Assembly (NCBI GenBank): GCA_963785305.1 | Contig: CAWAUV010000008.1 | Span: 1,024,001 to 1,088,000 of the forward strand | Source: an uncultured Planctomycetaceae bacterium | GTDB lineage: Bacteria > Planctomycetota > Planctomycetia > Pirellulales > PALSA-1355 | DNA length: 64,000 bases | Direction of reading: 5' to 3' | Shown: positions 29,635 through 39,078 of the stretch, piece after piece | Numbering within the stretch: position 1 is the stretch's first letter | Layout of the letters: each line of letters opens with the position of its first letter | Position numbers and translations under genes: made by a program | Notes under the pieces: generated by a model | What the model saw: only the letters and a program-made list of their open reading frames with translations | The model's database searches: none | Told to the model about the DNA's origin: nothing

Positions 29635-29906
29635 CCACTACATCGGCATTCGTAATCTCTCCACGTGCCCAGGCGCTTCCGATCAACGATTCCGCCCGAT
29701 ATGAGTGAGCCCGAAACAATTCCGCGAGGGCTGCGTCTTGTCGGATTTTTCAGGCGAGGCTGCCGCGGCTGCCGATTGGGAAGAAGCCGGTGGCGAAAGG
29801 GGGCGACGCGAAGTACATTGAAGAATTCCGCCTCGAACAGCCGGCGCGTTGAATCGGTTTTCCAGCCGGAGTTTTCTTCTTTCCACCCAGCGAACCTTTG
29901 CCCCCC

Positions 29907-30194
29907 ATGATCCATCTCAATATCTGGCTCTCGGTCCAGATGCCCGAAAACATCGACACCGTGCGTGATTTGCTCGCCGAGGCCGCGCGGCTTTCCCGGC
30001 TCGAACCGGGCTGCTTGCGCTTTGAGGCCTATCATTCGACCACCGATCCCGGCCGGTTCCTGTTGCATGAACGCTGGGAGTCGGCCGCCGCGCTGGATGA
30101 ACATCGGCTCGCCGCGGCGTACACCACCATCTATCGCCCGCGCATCTTGCCGCTGGTCGTTCGCGAACCGCATCCTTCGACATTGCTCGACTGA
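29907..30194 (+). CDS. Antibiotic-biosynthesis-monooxygenase (ABM) family / putative quinol monooxygenase
   Basis: [13 protein letters not shown]...FLLHERWES...LDEH. Confidence 0.85.
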   Translation: MIHLNIWLSVQMPENIDTVRDLLAEAARLSRLEPGCLRFEAYHSTTDPGRFLLHERWESAAALDEHRLAAAYTTIYRPRILPLVVREPHPSTLLD

Positions 30195-30274
30195 CCGAGG
30201 CTCGCCCGGCCGAGCGCGAGGCTCGCTGTCCGCCGGCCGTTTTAAAACACCGATCCCCGAAGGCCCGAACGCGC

Positions 30275-31543
30275 ATGACTCGCCCCATCACTTCCCCGAC
30301 CACCGCCGCGGCGTCTGGCTCGGCCGCTGCCCCAGCAACCGAGCCCGCCTCGAAGAACGTTCCCGACGCCGCCGGTCGCTTCGGTCCCTTTGGCGGTCGC
30401 TATGTGCCCGAGACCCTGATCCGAGCACTCGACCAGTTGACGGCCGAATACGAGCGGGCGCAAAGCGACCCGGCCTTCCAATGGGAACTCGACGAGCTCT
30501 TCAGTTCGTTTGTCGGTCGCCCCTCGCCGCTGTACCATGCGCGGCGGCTCGGCGAGCGCGCGGGCGGAGCGCGAATTTACCTCAAGCGCGAAGACGTCAA
30601 TCACACCGGCGCCCACAAGATCAACAACACCCTGGGCCAGGCGCTGCTCACCTTGCGCATGGGCAAGCGCCGCGTGATCGCGGAAACCGGCGCCGGACAA
30701 CATGGCGTCGCCACCGCCACGGCCTGCGCCCATTTCGGGCTCGAATGCATCGTCTACATGGGCGAGGAAGATATCCGCCGCCAGCAGCCGAATGTGCTGA
30801 GCATGAAGCTTCTCGGCGCTGAAGTGCGACCGGTCTCGAGCGGCTCTCGCACCCTGCGCGACGCGATCAACGAAGCGATGCGCCAATGGATGAACAGTGT
30901 CGAAACCACGCACTACATTCTCGGCTCGGCCGTGGGCCCGCATCCTTTTCCTCGAATTGTGCGCGACTTTCAATCGGTGATCGGCCGCGAGACGATCGAG
31001 CAGTCGCGGCGCCTGTTCGGCCGACTGCCCGATGTGGCCGTGGCCTGTGTCGGCGGCGGGAGCAATGCGGCCGGCATGTTTTATCCACTGGTCGAACACA
31101 CCGAAACGCGCTTGGTGGGCGTCGAGGCCGGCGGCCGCTCGGAAAAACCCGGCGATCATGCCTCGCCGCTCACCTATGGCCAACCCGGCGTGCTCCACGG
31201 CAGCTTCAGCTACGTGATGCAAGACGACGATGGCCAAACCCACGATGTGCATTCGGTGTCCGCCGGACTCGATTATCCTGGCGTCGGGCCCGAACATAGC
31301 TATTGGAAAGACTCGGGCCGGGTCGAATACACAAGCTGCCGCGACCACGACGCCCTGGCCGCCTTCGACCAGTTGGCCCAGTGCGAAGGCATTCTGCCCG
31401 CGCTCGAAAGCTCGCATGCCGTGGCCAAGGCGATGGAGATCGCCGCCGAGCTGTCGCCGGAACAAATTGTGGTCGTGTGCCTCTCGGGCCGCGGCGACAA
31501 AGACGCCGCGGAAATCGCGCGGTTGCGCGGCCTCGAGCAATAG
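30275..31543 (+). CDS. trpB: Tryptophan synthase beta chain
   Basis: [58 protein letters not shown] and LSGRGDKD. Confidence 0.98.
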   Translation: MTRPITSPTTAAASGSAAAPATEPASKNVPDAAGRFGPFGGRYVPETLIRALDQLTAEYERAQSDPAFQWELDELFSSFVGRPSPLYHARRLGERAGGARIYLKREDVNHTGAHKINNTLGQALLTLRMGKRRVIAETGAGQHGVATATACAHFGLECIVYMGEEDIRRQQPNVLSMKLLGAEVRPVSSGSRTLRDAINEAMRQWMNSVETTHYILGSAVGPHPFPRIVRDFQSVIGRETIEQSRRLFGRLPDVAVACVGGGSNAAGMFYPLVEHTETRLVGVEAGGRSEKPGDHASPLTYGQPGVLHGSFSYVMQDDDGQTHDVHSVSAGLDYPGVGPEHSYWKDSGRVEYTSCRDHDALAAFDQLAQCEGILPALESSHAVAKAMEIAAELSPEQIVVVCLSGRGDKDAAEIARLRGLEQ

Positions 31544-31618
31544 CTGGGCAAGACCAACGACCCTCGTTCCCTAAAGTCGATGGGACAAACACGATTCGGA
31601 TTCTTGGAGAGTTGCAAT

Positions 31619-32431
31619 ATGTCAGCCATCGATGATCTGTTTGTCTCGCTTCGCGCCGCCGGTAAAAAGGCGCTCATGCCGTTTGTGACCGCTGGCGATC
31701 CCGATCTCGCGTTCACGGCCGATCTCCTAAAGGAACTGGCTCGCCGCGGCGCGCATCTGTGCGAAGTCGGCATTCCCTACAGCGACCCGATCGCCGATGG
31801 TCCCGTGATTCAGGCCTCGTACACTCGGGCGCTGGAGCGCAAAATCAAAATGTCCGACATCCTCGCGATGCTCGGCGATGTGGCGCCGCGGATCGAGCCG
31901 CCGCTGGTCACGATGGTGAGCTACGCGATCGTGCATCGCCTGGGCGCCGAGCGCTATGTGCGCGACGCTCGGCTGGCGGGCGTGGCCGGAGCGATTGTGC
32001 CGGACTTGCCGGTCGAAGAAGCGGCGTCGCTGGCCAAAATCTGCCGAGCCGCCGATTTCAGCCTCATCCAACTCGTCACCCCCACGACTCCGCCCGACAG
32101 GGCCCTAGCCATCGCCGAGCGTTCGACCGGCTTTTTGTACTACGTGTCGGTCACCGGCATCACCGGCGAGCGAACCAAACTGCCGCCCGAACTGGCCGAA
32201 AATGTCGCATGGCTGCGTTCAAAAACTCCGCTACCGGTCTGCATCGGATTTGGCATCGGCTTGCCCGAACATGTGCGGGCTCTGGCCGACGCCGCCGACG
32301 GGCTGATCGTGGGCTCGGCGATCGTGCGGCGGATCGCCCAGGCCGGCGAGCGTTCGCGCAAGGAAGTTCTCGCCGATGTGGGCCAGTTCGTGGCCAGCCT
32401 TGTCGAAGCGCTCGAGCCGGCTCGCGCGTAG
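31619..32431 (+). CDS. trpA: Tryptophan synthase alpha chain
   Basis: PFVTAGDP, GIPYSDPIADGPVIQ, PDLP, GFLYYVSVTGITG, GFGI and DGLIVGSA. Confidence 0.97.
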   Translation: MSAIDDLFVSLRAAGKKALMPFVTAGDPDLAFTADLLKELARRGAHLCEVGIPYSDPIADGPVIQASYTRALERKIKMSDILAMLGDVAPRIEPPLVTMVSYAIVHRLGAERYVRDARLAGVAGAIVPDLPVEEAASLAKICRAADFSLIQLVTPTTPPDRALAIAERSTGFLYYVSVTGITGERTKLPPELAENVAWLRSKTPLPVCIGFGIGLPEHVRALADAADGLIVGSAIVRRIAQAGERSRKEVLADVGQFVASLVEALEPARA

Positions 32432-32629
32432 CGCGAAAACCGCTTTGCGCTGGGCGCCGCTGGGCGAGGCGCCCGGCGCAGCGCCAAGCGGCGCCAGCAG
32501 CCTGGCGCTGCCGCGCCCTCGCGCGATCGTGCGCTTCGAACCTCGCCCTTCCGCCCGGCCGGCGCCCTTCTTTCGGGCTAAACATCTTGCGGAATTGAGC
32601 TGCGCAAAGTAATGATAACTATAGGGTTA

Positions 32630-32657
32630 TTCAATAATGTGATCTCACGGTATTGAA
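32630..32657. promoter_or_regulatory. AT-rich imperfect palindrome (candidate operator)
   Basis: TTCAATA-AT-GTGA-TC-TCAC-GG-TATTGAA, about 140 bp upstream of the 32797 ORF. Confidence 0.35.
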
Positions 32658-32796
32658 CAAGCTCATACAAGGCGCCGTTGTTTGCCGATTTATTTATTGG
32701 GCTGGGAAGGGTTTTTGCATCTTTGAGCGTGCGAAGCGTTTTCCGCCGGCCCGGGGGCACTGCCACTCCGGGCATCCTCCGAGGAGACCTAGGCCC

Positions 32797-33339
32797 ATGG
32801 ATGCCGATCCGCGACGAGTTCCGCTGACAAATTTCTTCGCCGGAATCACCGAACAAGCATTCAAAGCGCGACTGGGCATGGCCGATCCGCCGCTGATCAA
32901 CTATCTGGTCGATCTGCTAACCCGGTTTCTTCGGACCGACGCCATGTACGCCCTTCGCGATCTCGAGGGCCGGCGCCTTGGCCGCTTGGGCGATTTGCTC
33001 CTCGAAGCCGAGCAGCGGGTCGGCGACGCGCGGCGCCACATCTATCGCCACATCGGCGACTTCACGCTCTTTTGGTCGGGCGTCTATCCCGAAGCGCTAG
33101 CGGCGGCCCACGGTTTGGCGGGCGAAAACCGCCTGGGCGATTTCTTCGAACACGGCAAGCGCTCGTATCGCATCGCCAGCCAGATTCCCACCGAAGCCAA
33201 AACCGCGGAAAGCGAAAACGAGGTGCTCGAGCGGCTCAGCGAGGAGTTCGAGCTCTGCGCCTATGGCCTCGGCGAAGTCCGCCGCGAATGGGAACGCCGC
33301 GAAGGCGACGACGATCGCCGCATCACCGTGATCCTCTAG
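32797..33339 (+). CDS. Hypothetical protein (planctomycete-type)
   Basis: Coherent ORF with genome-like codon use: FFAGITEQAF...DPPLINYL...HIGDFTLFWSGVYPE...GKRSY. Confidence 0.7.
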   Translation: MDADPRRVPLTNFFAGITEQAFKARLGMADPPLINYLVDLLTRFLRTDAMYALRDLEGRRLGRLGDLLLEAEQRVGDARRHIYRHIGDFTLFWSGVYPEALAAAHGLAGENRLGDFFEHGKRSYRIASQIPTEAKTAESENEVLERLSEEFELCAYGLGEVRREWERREGDDDRRITVIL

Positions 33340-33492
33340 CAGCCTGTTGACAAATGCCATCGTGGCATTTGTCAACCTCGCCAAGCGCCGGGCAAAGCTC
33401 GTCGCGGCTCGCAAAATAACGACCTGGGTCGTTATTTTGACACCGCATCCATGCGGCGGCGCAGCCTGTTGAATATTTCAACAGGCTGCTAG
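33336..33492. mobile_element. MITE-like element, 157 bp, CTAG-flanked
   Basis: Perfect 15-bp terminal inverted repeats CTAGCAGCCTGTTGA / TCAACAGGCTGCTAG, with three internal palindromes and no ORF. Confidence 0.8.
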
Positions 33493-33500
33493 ACGACAGG

Positions 33501-34292
33501 TCAAGCAGCGCAGCGCGCCGGAAGCTTTCCGCGGCGCGGCGTGGCGTCGAGCGTGGGCAAGAGCGATCCCTGCTCATCGACATCGAGTCGCACGAGGTTG
33601 GCTTGGCGGCGAATCGCCTCGCGGTGGCGGGGGTCGAGCAGTTTGAGGCCGCGCCCGGCGACGCCCACATTGCGCCGTGTCTCGGCTTCGCCCGCCTTCC
33701 GCAGCGCCGCCGCGACGCGTTCGGACCCGAGCTCGAAGCGGTAGAAGCGCAAGGCGGCGGTAAGCTGACCCGCAGGGTCGGCCACCAAGTCCTCATAACG
33801 CAGCGGCAGCATTTCAACGCGACCGACCGCCTCGCGCCACGAAAGATAAAAGTTGAAATACCAGGGCAAATGGGCCGCGATCAAATAATCCATGCGCTCG
33901 GCGAACTTCATGCCGGCGTAGGCAGCCGAGATCACGCCGCAGGGCAGCGAATGCGCGTCACGATCGTAGTGGTCATGGAGCGAGACCACCACATCGAACA
34001 AGCTTCGCGTCTGCACGATCGGACGAATGCCGAACTGCTCGAGCAGCGCGAGATTGTCTTGCGTGGCCTTGAAATGCTGCTGCGCCACGGCGCGGCGCGC
34101 ATGCCGCCGGAGCTTTCGTCGGGCAAGGTCTTGTTCGCGCTGCGGCCCCAGCTCCGCGAGATATGCTTCCGGAAGTCCAGTCGCGGCCTGGAGCAGTTTG
34201 CTCAAGTAGGTCGATCCCGACTTCGGAAAACAGGCGATCAAGAGATCGTCGAAGGGCCGCCGACGAAGAAGTGCGCGAAGTCCGCGAAACAT
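33501..34292 (-). CDS. Sulfotransferase domain protein
   Basis: 5'-PSB loop ACFPKSGSTYL, R-S-L-F-D-V-V-V-S (3'-PB-like) and LRYEDLVADP. Confidence 0.8.
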   Translation of the reverse strand: MFRGLRALLRRRPFDDLLIACFPKSGSTYLSKLLQAATGLPEAYLAELGPQREQDLARRKLRRHARRAVAQQHFKATQDNLALLEQFGIRPIVQTRSLFDVVVSLHDHYDRDAHSLPCGVISAAYAGMKFAERMDYLIAAHLPWYFNFYLSWREAVGRVEMLPLRYEDLVADPAGQLTAALRFYRFELGSERVAAALRKAGEAETRRNVGVAGRGLKLLDPRHREAIRRQANLVRLDVDEQGSLLPTLDATPRRGKLPARCAA

Positions 34293-34382
34293 GAGTGATC
34301 CCTTTTCGAAAATATTGCATGCGTCGGTTGGATAATCGGTTCGAAATATCCTGCCGTTGCAACTCGAGGTTCTCGCCTGGCG

Positions 34383-35432
34383 TCAGGCGCATTGCTTTCG
34401 ACCAGCCGATCGACTCAGTAGCGTGTCGCACGCCGCGGTCACGTCGTCGACCGAGATTGCCCGCATCGTGGCGTCGCTGGCCGAGCGGCGGCCGCGGCTG
34501 CCACCCGTGAGCGTGGCCTTTTGAATGCCGAGATGCGCCGGGCCATAGGGACCGTTGCGCTCGACCGGCATGGGTCCAAACAGTCCGACCGAGGGCGTGC
34601 CCACGGCCACGGCCAAATGCAGCGGCCCGGTATCGGCGCTCACGAACAGCGCCGCCCGGCGAGCCAGCGCCGCGAGCTGCCGCAGGCTGGTCGCGGGAGC
34701 GAGCCGCGCATGGCCAGCCGACTGGGCGACGATCGCCTCGGCCATCGCGCGTTCCGTGTCGCCGGCCCAGGCCACGACCGAAGGCATCTCGCGCCGCGCT
34801 CCCAAATATCGGGCCACGCCGGCGAATCGCTCGGCAGGCCAGATTTTCGAGCGCCAACCGGCGCCGGGATTGATGAGCGCGAACCGCGGCCGCTCGGGCA
34901 GGGATCCGAATAACGTGTCGACAAGCGTTTCGCCCGCCGCGGCGTCGGCGGCGCTCTCGTGCCACCCGAAATCCGCGGCCGGGGCGCCAATACCCAGCGG
35001 CGCCAGCAGCTCGAGATTGCGATCGACCACATGGGTCGCATGGGGCGTGACCCGCTCGTTGTTCAGCCAGCGACTCAGTTCGCGGCCATCGTGTCCGTCG
35101 AAGCCGATTCGACGCCGCGCGCCCGAGAGCCGCGCGGCGATGGCGCTTTTGGTGAGCCCCTGCAGGTCGAGGGCGATATCGCAGTCGAGGTTTCGCAAGC
35201 GGCGGCGAACATCAAGGGCCGTGGCGGCGCGTCGCAGCCAGCCGCGCGGCGCGCGGACGATCGCATCGAGCGCCGGGTGGCCTTCGAGCAGTTCAGCGGC
35301 GCGGCCTTCCACGACCCAAGCTAGAAAAGCGCTGGGCCACTGGGACCTCAAGGCCATGAGCACCGGCAAGCCGTGAATCACGTCGCCAATGGCGCTCAAC
35401 CGCACAATGAGTATTTTGGGGGCGTCGCTCAT
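34383..35432 (-). CDS. Glycosyltransferase family 9 (LPS heptosyltransferase-like)
   Basis: ILIVRLSAIGDVIH, DLQGLTKS, NPGAGWRSKIWP and DTGPLHLAVAVGTPSVGLFGP. Confidence 0.9.
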   Translation of the reverse strand: MSDAPKILIVRLSAIGDVIHGLPVLMALRSQWPSAFLAWVVEGRAAELLEGHPALDAIVRAPRGWLRRAATALDVRRRLRNLDCDIALDLQGLTKSAIAARLSGARRRIGFDGHDGRELSRWLNNERVTPHATHVVDRNLELLAPLGIGAPAADFGWHESAADAAAGETLVDTLFGSLPERPRFALINPGAGWRSKIWPAERFAGVARYLGARREMPSVVAWAGDTERAMAEAIVAQSAGHARLAPATSLRQLAALARRAALFVSADTGPLHLAVAVGTPSVGLFGPMPVERNGPYGPAHLGIQKATLTGGSRGRRSASDATMRAISVDDVTAACDTLLSRSAGRKQCA

Positions 35433-35808
35433 CCGGCGGGCGGGGCAGCCGAGGCTGCAAAAAAGGAGGAAAGCGCGGGGGGCCGATTCCGGCTTTGGGC
35501 CGGTGCGATCATAGGAGCCGACCGCGAATCGCCCAAGAGGAGTTTTTCCGGAATTCGCCCGAGTGTCCGGCGCCCGCGACCCAGGCTTCCGCGGGCCGAT
35601 TATCCCGTGGAATCGGCGCGCGGCGCCGCTTCTCGTCTTCTAGCGGTTGGCGTCATTGTGTACATTTTTCCTATCGCGGCCCGCTTTCGCCGCGGCGCTC
35701 GGTGTTGGAAGAACGTGAACCCTTGCGACGGACCATCGCGGAAATCGACTTCGCCCACGGCGACAATTTTTCCTGCTTCCCCCTTGCCTGGAATTGCAAA
35801 CCTCGGTC

Positions 35809-36429
35809 ATGGCGCCATCGTTTCTGTATTTCGATCTCGGCAATGTCGTGCTGTACTTCGACCACGATCTCGCCTGCCGGCAGATGGCTGCCGTGGCTGG
35901 TGTCTCCGCCGAGCAGGTGCGGGAAGCTGTCTTTGCCGGCGAACTCCAGAAGAAGTACGAGCTCGGCGCGATCGACGATCGCGCGTTCTACGAAGGTTTT
36001 TGCGCGGCGACCGGCGCCCGGCCCGACATGGCGGCGCTCTTGCACGCGGGCTCGGATATCTTCCGCCTCAATGTGCCGCTGATGCCGGTAATCGCCGCGC
36101 TGGATCGCGCCGGCTACCGGTTGGGCCTGCTCTCCAATACCTGCGCGGCCCACTGGACCTTCTGCGGCCAGGGCCGCTACGGCATCTTGCACTTCGCTTT
36201 CCATGTCTACGCGCTCAGCTTCCAGATCGGGGCCTGCAAGCCCGATCCGAAAATCTACCAGGTGGCCGCCGAAATGGCGGGCGTGGCCCCGGAAAAGATC
36301 TTCTTTGTCGACGATATCGTAACCCATGTGACCGCCGCCCGCGCCGCGGGGTTCGACGCGGTGCATTTCACCGGCGTGCAAGACTTGGTCGAAGAACTGC
36401 GGGCCCGTGGCTTGAAATTCGCCTATTGA
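35809..36429 (+). CDS. HAD-family phosphatase (YihX-like)
   Basis: FDLGNV, LLSNT, KPDPKIY and FFVDD. Confidence 0.88.
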   Translation: MAPSFLYFDLGNVVLYFDHDLACRQMAAVAGVSAEQVREAVFAGELQKKYELGAIDDRAFYEGFCAATGARPDMAALLHAGSDIFRLNVPLMPVIAALDRAGYRLGLLSNTCAAHWTFCGQGRYGILHFAFHVYALSFQIGACKPDPKIYQVAAEMAGVAPEKIFFVDDIVTHVTAARAAGFDAVHFTGVQDLVEELRARGLKFAY

Positions 36430-36486
36430 GACCTGCCCCGGCGAGCGGCCAATCCCAAGGCGAGTGTTCCATCCTCGGAAGAGCGA

Positions 36487-36813
36487 TCAATCATTGCCGA
36501 GCGCGATGATCGCCATTCCCACCAAACACAAGGCCACGCCGAGCAGATCGGCCCGGCTCGGCCGCAGGCCATCGATCGCCCATAGCCAGCCGATGGCGAT
36601 GCTCACATACACCCCGCCATATGCGGCATAGACACGGCCCGCGGCGGCCGGATGCAGCGTGAGCAGCCACGAGAACAGCGCCAGGCTGAGCGCCGCCGGC
36701 ACAAGCAGCCAGGGCGATTTGCCCCGGTTCAACCAGAGATACGGCAAATAGCAGCCCGTGATTTCGGCCAGCGCGGTCACGGCGAACAGGATCGTGGTTG
36801 CCAGTAATCTCAT
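36487..36813 (-). CDS. ynfA: YnfA (UPF0060) family small membrane protein
   Basis: [12 protein letters not shown] and [12 protein letters not shown]; four TM segments. Confidence 0.9.
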   Translation of the reverse strand: MRLLATTILFAVTALAEITGCYLPYLWLNRGKSPWLLVPAALSLALFSWLLTLHPAAAGRVYAAYGGVYVSIAIGWLWAIDGLRPSRADLLGVALCLVGMAIIALGND

Positions 36814-36859
36814 CAACGACGCTCGCCCATGACGCTCAAGAAACGGACTAAGACCGGCG

Positions 36860-36976
36860 CTAGTGCATTGTCACAATTGAAATGACGGGTTGGATTGGTT
36901 CCGTGGCGCCGTGCCCACGGCCCTGCGTGGGCATGGAACACGGGGTTACCTATCATTTCAGCCGTGACAAAGCTAG
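36860..36976. mobile_element. Second MITE-like element, 117 bp, CTAG-flanked, with an internal REP-like hairpin
   Basis: Imperfect TIRs CTAGTGCATTGTCACAATTGAAATGACGGGT / ACCTATCATTTCAGCCGTGACAAAGCTAG; internal TGCCCACG-GCCCTG-CGTGGGCA palindrome. Confidence 0.65.
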
Positions 36977-38114
36977 GGTTGGTGCTCGATCAACCAATCT
37001 TCCAGAATCACATGCTCGACGAGCGGCGCTCGCAACAGCGCCACGCGCGATGGCAAAATCGCGTTGAGCCACGGCCGCGCCGCCGCCGCCGACATCGCCC
37101 GCAGCGAGAGCCCGCGCGGCGAATAACCTTGGAGCCGGGCATTTACGTTGTCGGAAAGACGCTGATAGGTGGCCGGAATCAGATTCGGCTCGGGCCCGAC
37201 ATGCACCACGGTCTTGATACCCGAGGCCAAGGTCTCGTAGACCGCTTCCCAGAGCCGCTGGGGTTGATCGATCCAGCGATAGAGAATCTCGCGAACATTG
37301 GTGTCGGTGTAATTCATCTTGCCGGTGACGAGCGAAAACACGGGTGGATTGGGCGCCCGCATGCCGCCGGCGAGCGTGTGCATCATCACTCCCGCGCGGT
37401 TCGAGATATTACGCTCCCACACCAGCGGCGTGTGCATCGGCGGCCAGCGATCCTTGTTTTTTCGCAGATACACGCGAGACGGAAATTCCTCGCGCATGCG
37501 CTCGGCGAAGCGGTCGATCGTGTCGCCTTGCCCGAGGAGCAGGCACGCATTCGGCGCGAGATACGACGACACCCCCACCACGCCGGCGCCTTCGGCGTTG
37601 ACCAAGAGACACAGCCGCGCACATCGTCGAGCTCGAGCACCGGCCCGCGCGAGAAGAGCACTCCCATCGTCACATCATGGGAGAGGGCCACGCAATCTTG
37701 GGCCATCGCCAGCGGCACATGGAGCGATTCTCGCATGTGAAACACGCCGCCGGCCGCGATCGCCGTGAGCTCGCCCAGGCTATAGCCATACGCCATTCGC
37801 GCTTGGCCATAGGGCGCCCCATGAAACTTCTCGAGCAACTCAAGCTGCGCCAGCGATACCGCCAAGACGATCCCGATCGCTTCGTCGTACGACGCGAGCG
37901 TGGTTTCTTCGTTGCGGCGAGCCCGGGCCACGAGATCGACCTGGCGACCGACCACGTCGCGGCAAATCTCCGACGCCTCGGCCAAATACCGCTCGACGAT
38001 CGGCCCGTATTGCGGCTGCGCGAGAAGCTCCGCGGTGCGGCCGAGATTGGTCGCGTTGTAACCGCGAAAAGCGAAGGCGGTGCTACTCAGTTGCTCGGGA
38101 AAGGCGGAAGGCAT
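36973..38114 (-). CDS. Divergent ACP S-malonyltransferase (FabD-like acyltransferase), frameshift near 37610
   Basis: AFAFRGYN, GYSLGE (GxSxG), WPPMHT and VHVGP, split over two frames. Confidence 0.7.
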
Positions 38115-38240
38115 GGGGCCGATTCTGAAATGAAGCGCGATACTTGTCCAGTGGGGTCGGGGCGTGGTGTAGTATAAGAACACACGGAACCTACTCAAAC
38201 ACGCCGAATCGAGCCGCGAGTCCCCCGGAGAAATCGATCC

Positions 38241-39078
38241 ATGCCAACCCGGAGCGCCACCCGCGAACTCGCCGGCCATGTGGCGGTGGTGACTGGCGCG
38301 TCGAGCGGCATTGGGGCCGCGATCGCGCTGGCGCTGCGCCGAGCGCGGGGCCGCGTGTGTCGTGCATGCCCGGCGGAGCCGCGCCGCGGCCGAATCGATC
38401 GCCACCGCGATCCTCGCTCCTGGCGGCGACGCCACCGTGATACTGGCCGATGTGGCCTCGGGCGCCGATCGCGAACGGCTCATGGCCGAAGCTTGGCAAT
38501 GGCGCGGGCGAGTCGATCTTTGGGTCAACAACGCCGGCGCCGATATCTTGACAGGGCCGGCCGCCCACGGGTCGTTCGAGGAAAAGCTCGATCGGCTGTG
38601 GAACGTCGATGTCGGCGGCACGATCGCTCTGTCCCGCGCGGCCGGAGAGCGCATGCGCGCGGCGGGCGGCGGGGCGATTATCAATATCGGCTGGGATCAG
38701 GCCGCCACGGGCATGGCCGGGCCGAGCGGCGAGATGTTTGCCGCGGCCAAGGGCGCCGTCATGGCGTTTAGCAAAAGCTTGGCTCGATCGCTTGCCCCGC
38801 GAGTGCGGGTCAATTGCATCGCTCCAGGCTGGATTCGCACCGCTTGGGGCGAGGCGGCTAGTGACTACTGGGATCGCCGGGCTCGGGGCGAAGCATTGCT
38901 CGATCGCTGGGGCACGCCCGAGGATGTGGCCGCCGCGGCATGTTATCTCGCGTCGCCCGGATTGTTTCTCACCGGTTGCGTGCTGCCGGTCAATGGCGGC
39001 TTTCGCGGCGCCTTTGCCGAACCGCCGCCACAGGCTCCCCTAAAGCCCGATGCCGGCCCAACGCGAGACGCCTTGTGA
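38241..39078 (+). CDS. SDR-family oxidoreductase (pteridine-reductase-like), frameshift near 38337
   Basis: VTGASSGIG, VNNAG, INIGWD, FAAAK and VNCIAPG; first gene of the pterin cluster. Confidence 0.75.

Noticed and set aside
30195..30275. trp attenuator/leader peptide upstream of trpB
   Set aside because: No short Trp-codon-rich ORF or terminator/antiterminator pair; the upstream gene ends only 80 bp away.
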